64,000 bases of DNA, taken from positions 32,001 through 96,000 of the forward strand of contig JBHICG010000002.1 in assembly GCA_046759445.1 (NCBI GenBank). The letters run 5' to 3'. Below the pieces are notes generated by a model. That model saw only the letters and a program-made list of their open reading frames with translations. It searched no databases and was not told the origin of the DNA. Source of the DNA: Candidatus Scalinduaceae bacterium. GTDB taxonomy: Bacteria > Planctomycetota > Brocadiia > Brocadiales > Scalinduaceae. Every line of letters starts with the position of its first letter. Position 1 is the stretch's first letter. The position numbers and the translations under genes were made by a program. Below, in pieces: positions 28,513-37,669 of the stretch.

Positions 28513-29964
28513 ATGTCTATCCTTAACAAAGCAGAAATAGTAAATATTAAAAATGAAGATGATTGGATGGATGTTTTGTCTTCATGCGAAGGCCATTTAT
28601 CAATAAAAGACTACCCCAAGATATCTGAATATTTATCGAATAATATCAAGACAGTATTTATTGAAAAAGATTATATTGATAAAGATTTTCGAGATACATT
28701 TTATAACTTCTATTCAAAAAAATTCGCAGATTACCCCAACAAGGCTATTAGACTTCACTTTTTTACTACCCTTATTAGCAACGATGACATTTATGATTTA
28801 GACAAGTATCAAAACCATTATGTTGGTTTTATAGTTATAAGGCCTACAAGAATTAACACAATAGGTAGAACTATTTTAGATCCTTCTAAAATATCAAAAG
28901 CAGGCGGATATATTTGCTCTACAGATTATAAAGTCCATATTCTTGGTGCAGAATTAAATGTTAATGGGTTTCCTTACATAAGCCAAGACACAGACGTTAC
29001 TGTTTGTGCTCATGCCGCTTGTTGGATGGTTTTTAGATATTTCAGTGAAAGATATCCAACTTATGCAGAGATTTTACCGTTTAAGATTTCCCAATTAACA
29101 GAAAACCTTTCTTATGGCAGACTTGTTCCATCAAAGGGGTTATACCTTTCTCAAGTTGCAGAAATATTTTCAAAGTTCGGATTTTATCCTGAAATTTATA
29201 TTAAAGCTCAGTATCAAGATAATTTTGACAGGCTACTTTATTACTATATTGAATCGGGTTTGCCAGTAGTTGCTGGACTTAGCAGACATAATCATGCAAT
29301 AACAATCTTGGGCCATCTTTCTAATTATGAAAGATCTGTTTCAAATAACAGTGTAGAATATGTTGATGGTCTTATAATTAATGATAATAATCATCTCCCT
29401 TACCAAAAACTTTTAAGAAGTAATCTTAAAAAAGAAGGTTACTGTTCAAAGTATCACTTTGAAGATATAGATAGCTTTATCGTTCCCCTGTATGAAAAAA
29501 TTTACTTTTCTGCCGAATATGTTGATGCTATGGCGGAAGCTTTGTTAGATGACACACATTTTGGTATTAACGCTTTGTCTCAGCTTGTAAAGAAAAACAA
29601 CATTATAAAAAGAATATTTCTTACATCTTCTAAGTCCTATAAAATACAAAGAAGAAAACAAAATTTACCTTTTAATCTGTCATCGACATACTGTGGAATG
29701 AATATGCCAAAGTTTATTTGGGTATGTGAATTATCCACCTCAGAATTTTACTCAAAAGGTGAAATTATAGGTGAAATTATTTTTGATGCTACAGCAAACC
29801 ATATTGATACATTCTGTTTTTTGGTTATACATTACCCAGACTTTATAGTATTTAATGATAGAAATTATTTGACTTATAATCCAGAAAGGTTTATAAAGGG
29901 CACACTTAAAACAAAAGATTTGCTATCATATCAATTATATAAAAATAATCTAAAGGAGATATGA
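28513..29964 (+). CDS. Papain-fold (C39-like) cysteine peptidase-like protein
   Basis: PYISQDTDVTVCAHAACW (Q...C), GLPVV...HAITILGH (H), IINDNN (D/N). Confidence 0.65.
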   Translation: MSILNKAEIVNIKNEDDWMDVLSSCEGHLSIKDYPKISEYLSNNIKTVFIEKDYIDKDFRDTFYNFYSKKFADYPNKAIRLHFFTTLISNDDIYDLDKYQNHYVGFIVIRPTRINTIGRTILDPSKISKAGGYICSTDYKVHILGAELNVNGFPYISQDTDVTVCAHAACWMVFRYFSERYPTYAEILPFKISQLTENLSYGRLVPSKGLYLSQVAEIFSKFGFYPEIYIKAQYQDNFDRLLYYYIESGLPVVAGLSRHNHAITILGHLSNYERSVSNNSVEYVDGLIINDNNHLPYQKLLRSNLKKEGYCSKYHFEDIDSFIVPLYEKIYFSAEYVDAMAEALLDDTHFGINALSQLVKKNNIIKRIFLTSSKSYKIQRRKQNLPFNLSSTYCGMNMPKFIWVCELSTSEFYSKGEIIGEIIFDATANHIDTFCFLVIHYPDFIVFNDRNYLTYNPERFIKGTLKTKDLLSYQLYKNNLKEI

Positions 29965-29965
29965 T

Positions 29966-30139
29966 ATGTCAATTATGAAATTTCCACCAATGGAAGAAAA
30001 AAAAGGATTTTTAGATACTAATGAAAAGGTTCATGAGGCTTGGTGTTCTTTAGAAAAAGCAACGGAGAAAGATTATAAGAAATACGATGAAGCGAAAAGG
30101 GCTGTACAAGAAATATCCCAAACTAAACTTTTAGACTAA
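29966..30139 (+). CDS. Small hypothetical protein (57 aa), not in ORF track
   Basis: AAAGGAG RBS; ATG 1 nt after the upstream stop; MSIMKFPPMEEKKGFLDTNEKVHEAWCSLEKATEKDYKKYDEAKRAVQEISQTKLLD. Confidence 0.6.
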   Translation: MSIMKFPPMEEKKGFLDTNEKVHEAWCSLEKATEKDYKKYDEAKRAVQEISQTKLLD

Positions 30140-30256
30140 GATTAAAACGAAGAAATTATTTCCCATAAAATAACAGTTCGGTCTTACATTTAAATTAATC
30201 AACTCACTTCTCAAAGATTTCAATTGCTTGGTTTATGCTTATATCCCATCGTAAGA

Positions 30257-30272
30257 TTTTTAACGGTCGCTG
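30257..30272. repeat. 16-bp motif copy 3 (TTTTTAACGGTCGCTG)
   Basis: Identical to copy 1. Confidence 0.85.
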
Positions 30273-30329
30273 TTGTATATGCTCAGTAATTAAGTAACTC
30301 TTTTGGTATAATAAATCAAAAACATTTTT

Positions 30330-30530
30330 CTAAGACAGAATCATCCTTTCAACTTTGGTTTTTGCTGTTTTAATAATTTTTTTTGCTTCTTCTTGTAACT
30401 TTTCTGCATTTTGCATTCATTCATTAACTTCATCTACGATTTTTTGCTGAATATTTAGAGATGGGATTGGGATCTTGGTGGTATTCAATAATTCAACATT
30501 TACCCCTGACTGATTATTCCAATTTGTACA
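30330..30530 (-). pseudogene. Type I R-M specificity subunit (HsdS-like) C-terminal remnant
   Basis: NQSGVNVELLNTTKIPIPSLNIQQKIVDEVNE*MQNAEKLQEEAKKIIKTAKTKVERMILS*: IPIP.L..Q.KIV motif plus coiled coil, with an internal TGA. Confidence 0.65.
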
Positions 30531-30866
30531 TATAGTAAAAAATATCTTATGTTTTTGATATATATTTAGAATTATTGTTAAGTATTCTGGGCAAAATAGG
30601 GCCAATAAGAGAAAGGAAATAAATTACGTTTTTATTGCATAACATTTTACTTAAGCTAACTGTAAATTAGTCATACCTTTCAATATTTTATCTCCTTCCA
30701 TTCTACATTTCTTTACTGCAGTTAGGGTTCATTCTTCCAGCAATGTTTTTGTCTAAAATAATTTCTCTATCCAAGTTCTGTAAGTTCTTCAATTACTTTT
30801 AAGTCTGTATCTGTGGCTTCGTTAATATTTGGCATATTAATACACACTCATCTTTTTTGTTGAGGC

Positions 30867-31032
30867 TTACTTTTCTATGATATCTTCTGTGGTTGTGAAA
30901 ATAGCTCCAGCATCTTTCATTTCATTCAGTGCTTCTTCTACCCTCTTCGTTAACAGCCTTAATCGCATCTGTAACCAGTGAAACTTTGTACCCACGTCTT
31001 AGCAGTTCAAGGATGGCCACCTTAACACAAAA
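30867..31032 (-). pseudogene. Isochorismatase/nicotinamidase C-terminal remnant
   Basis: FCVKVAILELLRRGYKVSLVTDAIKAV, then a frameshift to EEALNEMKDAGAIFTTTEDII. Confidence 0.6.
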
Positions 31033-31130
31033 TTAATTAAGGAACCTAATTATATCCTTGCTGTCTTTTGTATGATAAATAATTATTACAATCGGTAAAT
31101 TATTTTTCGCTTCCACCTGAATAACCCTTT

Positions 31131-31346
31131 TTAATAGTTCTTGTTGTGACATTTATCGAGACGCTTCAAGAGCATTTTTTTGAATTCTTTTTCTGAAAGA
31201 TTCGGAAATCTCTTACGTAATCCATGAATAAAAAGTTTATTTGCAAATTCGGACAACTCAAATGCCTTAAGCAACCTCCTTTCAGGTGACATTTTACGAA
31301 GCACTTGAATGTATATCTTATGATTTGGACGTTCTTTAATATTCAT
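31131..31346 (-). CDS. Small putative antitoxin-like protein; overlapping downstream partner truncated
   Basis: LRKMSPERRL...GLRKRFPNLSE pattern of small proteins that precede nucleotidyltransferases. The overlapping ORF 31152-31033 starts MSQQELLKRVIQV and then degenerates. Confidence 0.5.
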   Translation of the reverse strand: MNIKERPNHKIYIQVLRKMSPERRLLKAFELSEFANKLFIHGLRKRFPNLSEKEFKKMLLKRLDKCHNKNY

Positions 31347-31425
31347 ATTTGATAAAGTTCTTTTAAGGCTTCTTTTTCTCTTTCTTCACTAACAACTTTA
31401 ACTGTTCCACAATATTTTATCACTT

Positions 31426-31806
31426 CTATAACTGTTTTTTTAACCATTTTAGAACCTCTTTGCCTTTTTCAAATATTACCTTTGTTTTCTCTTTATCATA
31501 GTCTTTTAGCATCTTCTGGAGGTCGTCTGGATAATATGGGAAGATTCTCATCTTATTCAGGGCAGAAATAGTATCAGAAAATTCTTCAGGAAGCTTTAAG
31601 TGAACTTTTTCAATGAGATACGGTAGATTGTTTGTGTTTAAGGGTATTGCGTTGAATTTCTTCTGATAAAGCCCTTTAAGGGCTTTTTCAATGGAAAGAT
31701 GGCACAGAAATACGGCATAAAAATACCTTTCGGCCTTAAGCATATACTCGGCAGTATCCATATCGTAATCAGCCTGACTCAGCCATTCTTCAGGTTTTTT
31801 TGCCAT
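31426..31806 (-). CDS. HEPN-domain protein (HEPN-MNT type), degenerate motif, partner truncated
   Basis: EWLSQADYDMDTA...FLCHLSIEKALKG; the usual THNL reads TNNL. The overlapping ORF 31447-31343 (MVKKTVIEVIK...) is only 34 aa. Confidence 0.75.
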   Translation of the reverse strand: MAKKPEEWLSQADYDMDTAEYMLKAERYFYAVFLCHLSIEKALKGLYQKKFNAIPLNTNNLPYLIEKVHLKLPEEFSDTISALNKMRIFPYYPDDLQKMLKDYDKEKTKVIFEKGKEVLKWLKKQL

Positions 31807-32072
31807 ACTTACTCCTATCCCTTAGATTATGTGTATGTATATTTGCAAATCTTTTTTACAGTATCGCTCTACCGAAAAAGCGATTTTATAAAAAGCCCCG
31901 TTTATATAAGATTGTAATATACTTGTTTCGATTTGTAAACGCAGAGTTTTTGAGATGAGATTGCGAATAGATATGGCTATCTGGGATAATCTCTAAGACC
32001 ATAGAATTAAAAAGGAAGAGAGTGGTCTTTTATCCTTAGGAGACAGTGTTTATTATGTGGAACTTGTCGCTA

Positions 32073-32657
32073 CTAGCCGGGTAAACCGAGCGTGTATGAT
32101 TCTTGTTTATGTTTAGAAAGATTTATAAATTCCATCCCCCGCTCTATAGCTAGTTTATTTACCTCAAAAAAAGGAGCTTTATTACCTTTTAAGACATTTT
32201 TTAGACATGAGAGAAAGATAGGGATAGAAACAAGTTTTTTTACGGCATTGTATGCACCCAACATAACCATGTTTGATGCTACTACATTACCCAGTTTGTT
32301 TGCTATTTCAGTTGCTGGAATTTTAAAAATGCTTGTTGTACCTGTTTCGTTATCTATTTTATCAATCATGGACGAGTTTAAAAAGAGCGAACCGCCTGGC
32401 TTAAGATAACTCTTAAATTTTAGATAGGAAGGCATGTTCATCATAACAAGTGAATCAGCCTCTTCGATAACGGGAGAGAAAATTTCCTCTTCTGAAACTA
32501 CTAAGTGATAAAAAGCTGTGCCACCTCGTACTTCCGTACCATAGGAGGGAAAAAAGGTTACGTTTTTCCCATCAAGCATCACTGCCTGTGCGATTAATCT
32601 ACCAAGAAGCATCATCCCCTGTCCGCCCAAGCCGGCCAAGATTACGTTTTCCGTCAT
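32073..32657 (-). CDS. 2-oxoacid:ferredoxin oxidoreductase gamma subunit
   Basis: AGLGGQG, PSYGTEVRGG, NMVMLGA. Confidence 0.9.
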   Translation of the reverse strand: MTENVILAGLGGQGMMLLGRLIAQAVMLDGKNVTFFPSYGTEVRGGTAFYHLVVSEEEIFSPVIEEADSLVMMNMPSYLKFKSYLKPGGSLFLNSSMIDKIDNETGTTSIFKIPATEIANKLGNVVASNMVMLGAYNAVKKLVSIPIFLSCLKNVLKGNKAPFFEVNKLAIERGMEFINLSKHKQESYTLGLPG

Positions 32658-32672
32658 TTTAATAGAAGGTCT

Positions 32673-33419
32673 TTAATTTTTGTTTTCCCAGTCTTTGAAA
32701 ATACCCAGTGGATACGTCTCGGTCATTTTATCATCTATGAATTTCATAGCATCTTGGGGATTCATTCGCCAGTACACTGGACATGGAGAAAGAACCTCTA
32801 TTAACGAAAACCCCTTTTTCTCTATTTGGGTCACAAACCCTTTTTCTAATAATTGTTTCGTTTTAATGATTTTTTTTGGAGAAGATACTGAGGTTCTTGC
32901 GAGAAAACTGCTTCCATCTATTACAGAGAGGATTTCGCAAACACGGAGGGGGTATCCATCGTTCTTCTCACTGCGCCCTTGAGGCGTTGTTAATGTCCTT
33001 TGATCGAGTAAGGTGGTTGGCGCCATTTGTCCGTTTGTCATACCGTATACTGCGTTGTTTACAAAGATTACGGTTATATTTTCGCCACGATTGGCGGTAT
33101 GGATTATTTCTGCTGTTCCGATTGCGGCCAGGTCACCGTCTCCCTGATAAGAAAAAACAATCCTGTCTGGATGAACCCGTTTTATCCCGGTAGCAACCGC
33201 AGGTGGGCGTCCATGAGCTGCCTCGCACATGTCTATATCAAGATAGTTATACGCTAATACTGCACATCCTACAGGGGCTAACCCTATTGTCTTATCCTTA
33301 ATATCCATATCGTCAATTATCTCAGCAATTAATCTGTGAACGATACCATGCCCGCAGCCAGGGCAATAATGTGTTGGAGTATCAATTAGTGTTTGTGGGT
33401 TTTCATATACTGCTTCCAT
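32673..33419 (-). CDS. 2-oxoacid:ferredoxin oxidoreductase beta subunit (TPP-binding)
   Basis: YCPGCGHG, GDGDLAAIG, NNAVYGMTNGQMAPTT. Confidence 0.92.
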   Translation of the reverse strand: MEAVYENPQTLIDTPTHYCPGCGHGIVHRLIAEIIDDMDIKDKTIGLAPVGCAVLAYNYLDIDMCEAAHGRPPAVATGIKRVHPDRIVFSYQGDGDLAAIGTAEIIHTANRGENITVIFVNNAVYGMTNGQMAPTTLLDQRTLTTPQGRSEKNDGYPLRVCEILSVIDGSSFLARTSVSSPKKIIKTKQLLEKGFVTQIEKKGFSLIEVLSPCPVYWRMNPQDAMKFIDDKMTETYPLGIFKDWENKN

Positions 33420-33476
33420 TTAACATATCTCCTCCTCGTTATCTTGAGGATAACGATTAAAATCTGTTTATTTATT

Positions 33477-34568
33477 TTATGTTACACAGGTTACCTTCTC
33501 TTTAGAAGGCGTTATTTCAAGAATCTTCTCAAATATTTCTTTAGGAGAAGGTATTCCACCGCCTGTTCTTCCGTAAAAGTGAACCGGACATCGTCCATAA
33601 ACTGATAATCGAACGTCTTCCACCATTTGTCCCGCACTCATTTCCACAGTTAGTATAGCATGTACTCTTTCTGAAATTCTTTGTAAAATATTACATGGAA
33701 AGGGCCACAAGGTAATTGGCCTTATTAAGCCTACTTTTACATTTAGATTTTCACATTTCCTTATAACATCTTTACATATCCTTGCACATGTGCCATAAGC
33801 GACTAAAACAATATCTGCTTCTTTGGTATTTATTTCTTCATAGCGTACTTCCTCTGCCTTAATTTCACTATATTTCTTTTGCAGTTTGGCGTTAAATTCC
33901 TCAAGCTCTCCTTTAACCGGATAAAACGACTTGATAATGTTTCTTTTCCTTTCCTTGGCGCCCGTAAGAGCCCAGGTTTTTGGTGGCAAGTTTGGCTTTT
34001 GTTTTTTGTTAAATACAACAGGTTCCATCATCTGGCCTAATTGAGCATCGCCTAAAATCATTACCGGATTTCTGTAACAATCTGCCAAATCAAACGCATC
34101 GAAAACAAGGTCTGCCGTCTCTTGTACCGAACTCGGCGCTAACACGATGGTGTGATAGTCGCCATGTCCCCCACCTTTTACGGCTTGAAAGTAGTCGGCT
34201 TGAGAAGGAGAGATGTCTCCTAAACCAGGTCCACCACGCTGCATATTTACGATTATGCATGGAAGTTCACTTCCCGCCAGATAAGATATCCCTTCCTGTT
34301 TGAGACTAATCCCGGGACTTGAAGAGGATGTCATCGTCCTGGCCCCTGCAGCAGCGCTCCCATGTACCATGTTTATGGCAGCAAGTTCACTTTCTACCTG
34401 TATGAATGTACCACCGACTTGTGGCATTCTGATGGCCATGTGCGTCACAATTTCATTTTGCGGTGTTATTGGATATCCATAGTAGAATCTACAACCAGCC
34501 AATATAGCAGCTTCTGCAGCAGCCTCATTGCCGGTAAAGAGTTGTTTCTGGTTCTTTTCAGTTGGCAT
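33477..34568 (-). CDS. 2-oxoacid:ferredoxin oxidoreductase alpha subunit (VorB-like)
   Basis: GYPITPQ, ESELAA, SSSPGISLKQE, RGGPGLG. Confidence 0.92.
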   Translation of the reverse strand: MPTEKNQKQLFTGNEAAAEAAILAGCRFYYGYPITPQNEIVTHMAIRMPQVGGTFIQVESELAAINMVHGSAAAGARTMTSSSSPGISLKQEGISYLAGSELPCIIVNMQRGGPGLGDISPSQADYFQAVKGGGHGDYHTIVLAPSSVQETADLVFDAFDLADCYRNPVMILGDAQLGQMMEPVVFNKKQKPNLPPKTWALTGAKERKRNIIKSFYPVKGELEEFNAKLQKKYSEIKAEEVRYEEINTKEADIVLVAYGTCARICKDVIRKCENLNVKVGLIRPITLWPFPCNILQRISERVHAILTVEMSAGQMVEDVRLSVYGRCPVHFYGRTGGGIPSPKEIFEKILEITPSKEKVTCVT

Positions 34569-35400
34569 TGTAAGTAGGTTGCCCCCTCCAATTCAATTTT
34601 TCCCTCAAGACATCATAAAAAGTTCTTGTTTGTGTATCAACAAGTTGCAGCTTTTCTTTAGCCTTTTCAACAAGAATTTTATCTCCAGCCATGATATCAG
34701 TATATACCTGGCCATCAATGGTTAGTCCAACTCCTTTTGATTCAGATACCTGTTCCATTTCAATCCTGGAATCACCGGAAACCACAAGTGGACGGTTTGA
34801 TAAGGTATGAGGGCATATCGGCGTAATAATAAAGGCTTCCATATCTGGTGTAACTATCGGACCGCCAGCAGATAAAGAATGTGCGGTTGACCCTGCTGGA
34901 GTCGATATAATCAGGCCGTCACTGCTATAGGTGGTAACCTCTTTTCCGTTTATATATAATTTGATCGAAATTAACCTTGATAGAGAAGCCCTGGAAATAA
35001 CAGCATCATTCAAGCCCAGGGTTTTCTTGATGATTTGTTTAGAGCGGATTACATGACAAGTTAATAACATTCTTTGCGAGATAACATATTTCTCGGCAAA
35101 TATTTTATCAAGGGAATGACTAATTTCTTTGGGGGTGAGTTCAGCCAAAAAACCGAATTTCCCCAGGTGTACGCCGATTAGGGGAATTTGCCTTCCATGA
35201 AGTTTTCTGCAGGCCGCCAGTATTGTACCATCTCCTCCAAAAACAAATGCTAAATCGGCTGATAAATCTTCCATTTTGTCTTCATTAGTAATGTCAACTA
35301 TCGAGAGGTGACATTTCTTGCGGAACAGGGGTTCCAGTTCAGCTATTGTCTCTCGTATCCTTTTCTTGCTTTTATTGCCTAGGATTAAAATCTTCTTCAT
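34558..35400 (-). CDS. nadK: NAD kinase
   Basis: GGDGT, GFL, LND, DGLIISTPAGSTAHSLSAGG. Confidence 0.93.
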   Translation of the reverse strand: MKKILILGNKSKKRIRETIAELEPLFRKKCHLSIVDITNEDKMEDLSADLAFVFGGDGTILAACRKLHGRQIPLIGVHLGKFGFLAELTPKEISHSLDKIFAEKYVISQRMLLTCHVIRSKQIIKKTLGLNDAVISRASLSRLISIKLYINGKEVTTYSSDGLIISTPAGSTAHSLSAGGPIVTPDMEAFIITPICPHTLSNRPLVVSGDSRIEMEQVSESKGVGLTIDGQVYTDIMAGDKILVEKAKEKLQLVDTQTRTFYDVLREKLNWRGQPTYNAN

Positions 35401-37340
35401 ATCAAATTAGGAGTCTGTTTATACTCCTCTTTATTTTTGGTAATTGCAGGTTCTTGTTTGTTCCAGGACGAAATAAAGCTTTTATAGATGCCTTCCGCAT
35501 CAAGACTAAGGGTTTTTAATATTACATCGCGAGAACCGTGTTCAATAAATTTATCAGGGAGACCCAGTCTATGAAGACATTGGGCATTAATACCTTTGTC
35601 ACCCAGTAATTCTTGAATTGCTGAGCCAAATCCTCCAATTAATGAATGGTCTTCTACCGTAATAACAATTTGGTGCTCTTTTACAACGTCTATGATAAGA
35701 TTCTCATCCAACGGTTTAGCAAAACGGGCATTTACAACGGTAATATCAATTCCTTTTTTGGTAAGCATATCCGCACACTGCATGGATTGATATACCATTG
35801 CTCCGTATGCAATAATTGCGCCGTCTTTACCTTTTCTTAAGACTTCACCTTTTCCTATTTCTATGGATTCAAATTTTTTATTAAGATTTTCTTCCGGCAC
35901 ATTTGCTCTCGGATAACGTATTGCTACTGGAGAATTAAGTTGAACCGCCTTATTTAACATTATCTTTAATTCAGTGCCGTCTTTTGGAGCCATTAATATT
36001 ATCCCTGGCAGATGCCTTAAGTAGGCGATATCAAAAACACCATTATGAGTGGGCCCATCACTCCCTACGACACCTGCCCTATCGAGGGCCATCACAATAC
36101 CATGTCCCTGAAGACAGACGTCATGAAAGACTTGGTCATATGCACGCTGTAAAAAGGTCGAATATATTGCTGCCACAGGTTTAAGTCCAGCGGCTACTAA
36201 TCCGTTTGCAAGTCCAATGGCGTGTTGTTCGCACATCCCTACATCAAAGTACCTATCGGGAATTTTTTTACCAAAAGTATCAGTACCTGTTCCTTCAGGC
36301 ATTGCGGCTGTTATTGCCACTATATTTTTATTAGATTTGGCGATTTCAACAAGCGTTTCGCTGAATATCTTCGTGTAGCTAATTTTTTTAGGATCTTTAG
36401 GGGCCTCTATAACCTTTCCATTCTGCATTTGAAAGTTGCCAGCGCTGTGATAATAAGCGGGGTTTTTTGATGCAGGTTCAAATCCCTTACCCTTTTCGGT
36501 AATTACGTGAAGTAATATAGGTCCTTTCAGGTGTTTAATATCACGTAAGATGTCTAATAGGGTTCTAATGTCATGACCATCAACAGGCCCGAAATAGTTA
36601 AATCCCAAGTCGACAAATATCTGTCCTGGAGTAATTTCCCGCCTTAATATTTCTATAATATGTTCTAATGTATGGTCCATACGTTTACCAACAATTGGCA
36701 ACGATTGTAATAAATGATGGACTTCTTTTTTGAAATCCGTAAAAATGGGTGTGGTGCGAATTTTATTTAAATATTTTGAGAATGCACCTACTGTATTTGA
36801 GATTGCCATTTCGTTATCATTGAGCACTACGATTAAGTTTCTTTTTAAATACCCCGCATGGTTAAGCGCTTCAAAGGACATACCGGCTCCTATTGCCGCA
36901 TCTCCGGCGACAACAACAATTTTCCTGTTCACATCATTTATTTTATCAGCACAAGAGAGGCCGAGAGCGGAAGAAATCGCATGTCCGCTGTGACCACAGG
37001 TGAATGGGTCGTATTCGCTTTCATTCTTATCCGGAAAACCACTTAGTCCTTTATATTGTCTTAGAGTTGAAAATGCCTTTCTCCTTCCTGTGAGTAATTT
37101 GTGGACATAAGTTTGATGACCTACATCCCAGATTAGCTTGTCTTTAAGAAAGTCAAACGTATAGTGTAAGGCAATTGTAAGTTCAACTACACCAAGGTTT
37201 GATGCCAGATGGCCAGGATTTTTGGAAACAACGTCAATTATAAATTCCCTCATTTCCTGTGCTAAGACCATCAAATCTTCCGTGTTTAGTTGCTGCAAAT
37301 CCTGCGGATAGTTTATTTTTTCTAATATTTTATGTGCCAT
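35397..37340 (-). CDS. dxs: 1-deoxy-D-xylulose-5-phosphate synthase
   Basis: GHLASNLGVVEL, WDVGHQ, NDNEM, DRAGVVGSDGPTH. Confidence 0.96.
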   Translation of the reverse strand: MAHKILEKINYPQDLQQLNTEDLMVLAQEMREFIIDVVSKNPGHLASNLGVVELTIALHYTFDFLKDKLIWDVGHQTYVHKLLTGRRKAFSTLRQYKGLSGFPDKNESEYDPFTCGHSGHAISSALGLSCADKINDVNRKIVVVAGDAAIGAGMSFEALNHAGYLKRNLIVVLNDNEMAISNTVGAFSKYLNKIRTTPIFTDFKKEVHHLLQSLPIVGKRMDHTLEHIIEILRREITPGQIFVDLGFNYFGPVDGHDIRTLLDILRDIKHLKGPILLHVITEKGKGFEPASKNPAYYHSAGNFQMQNGKVIEAPKDPKKISYTKIFSETLVEIAKSNKNIVAITAAMPEGTGTDTFGKKIPDRYFDVGMCEQHAIGLANGLVAAGLKPVAAIYSTFLQRAYDQVFHDVCLQGHGIVMALDRAGVVGSDGPTHNGVFDIAYLRHLPGIILMAPKDGTELKIMLNKAVQLNSPVAIRYPRANVPEENLNKKFESIEIGKGEVLRKGKDGAIIAYGAMVYQSMQCADMLTKKGIDITVVNARFAKPLDENLIIDVVKEHQIVITVEDHSLIGGFGSAIQELLGDKGINAQCLHRLGLPDKFIEHGSRDVILKTLSLDAEGIYKSFISSWNKQEPAITKNKEEYKQTPNLI

Positions 37341-37408
37341 TTTGCTCCTTCACGATTTAGCTTTTTTCGAGCTACCTGAATTATAAGGCAGTTCAATAAT
37401 CTACATGC

Positions 37409-37651
37409 TTAATTCTCATCCTGAGTTTTTTCCAAATTGAATTCTTGAATACAGGTTTCGCCAGTTGCGTTTTTAAATAGGATGTTAATCTTCTTTTCAG
37501 TATTTTCTAATATTTGATAACATTGTTTGTATATTTTAATACCCCTTTCGTATTTTGCAAGGGTTTCGTCTAATGTTATTTCACCTTTTTCTAACTGTTC
37601 AACTATTTCTTCAAGCTCTTTTAGGGATGCCTCGAAATTTTTCTTCTTCAA
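37409..37651 (-). CDS. xseB: Exodeoxyribonuclease VII small subunit
   Basis: FEASLKELEEIVEQLEKGEITLDE; adjacent to xseA. Confidence 0.92.
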   Translation of the reverse strand: MKKKNFEASLKELEEIVEQLEKGEITLDETLAKYERGIKIYKQCYQILENTEKKINILFKNATGETCIQEFNLEKTQDEN

Positions 37652-37669
37652 TTATTTATTAATCCTTAA

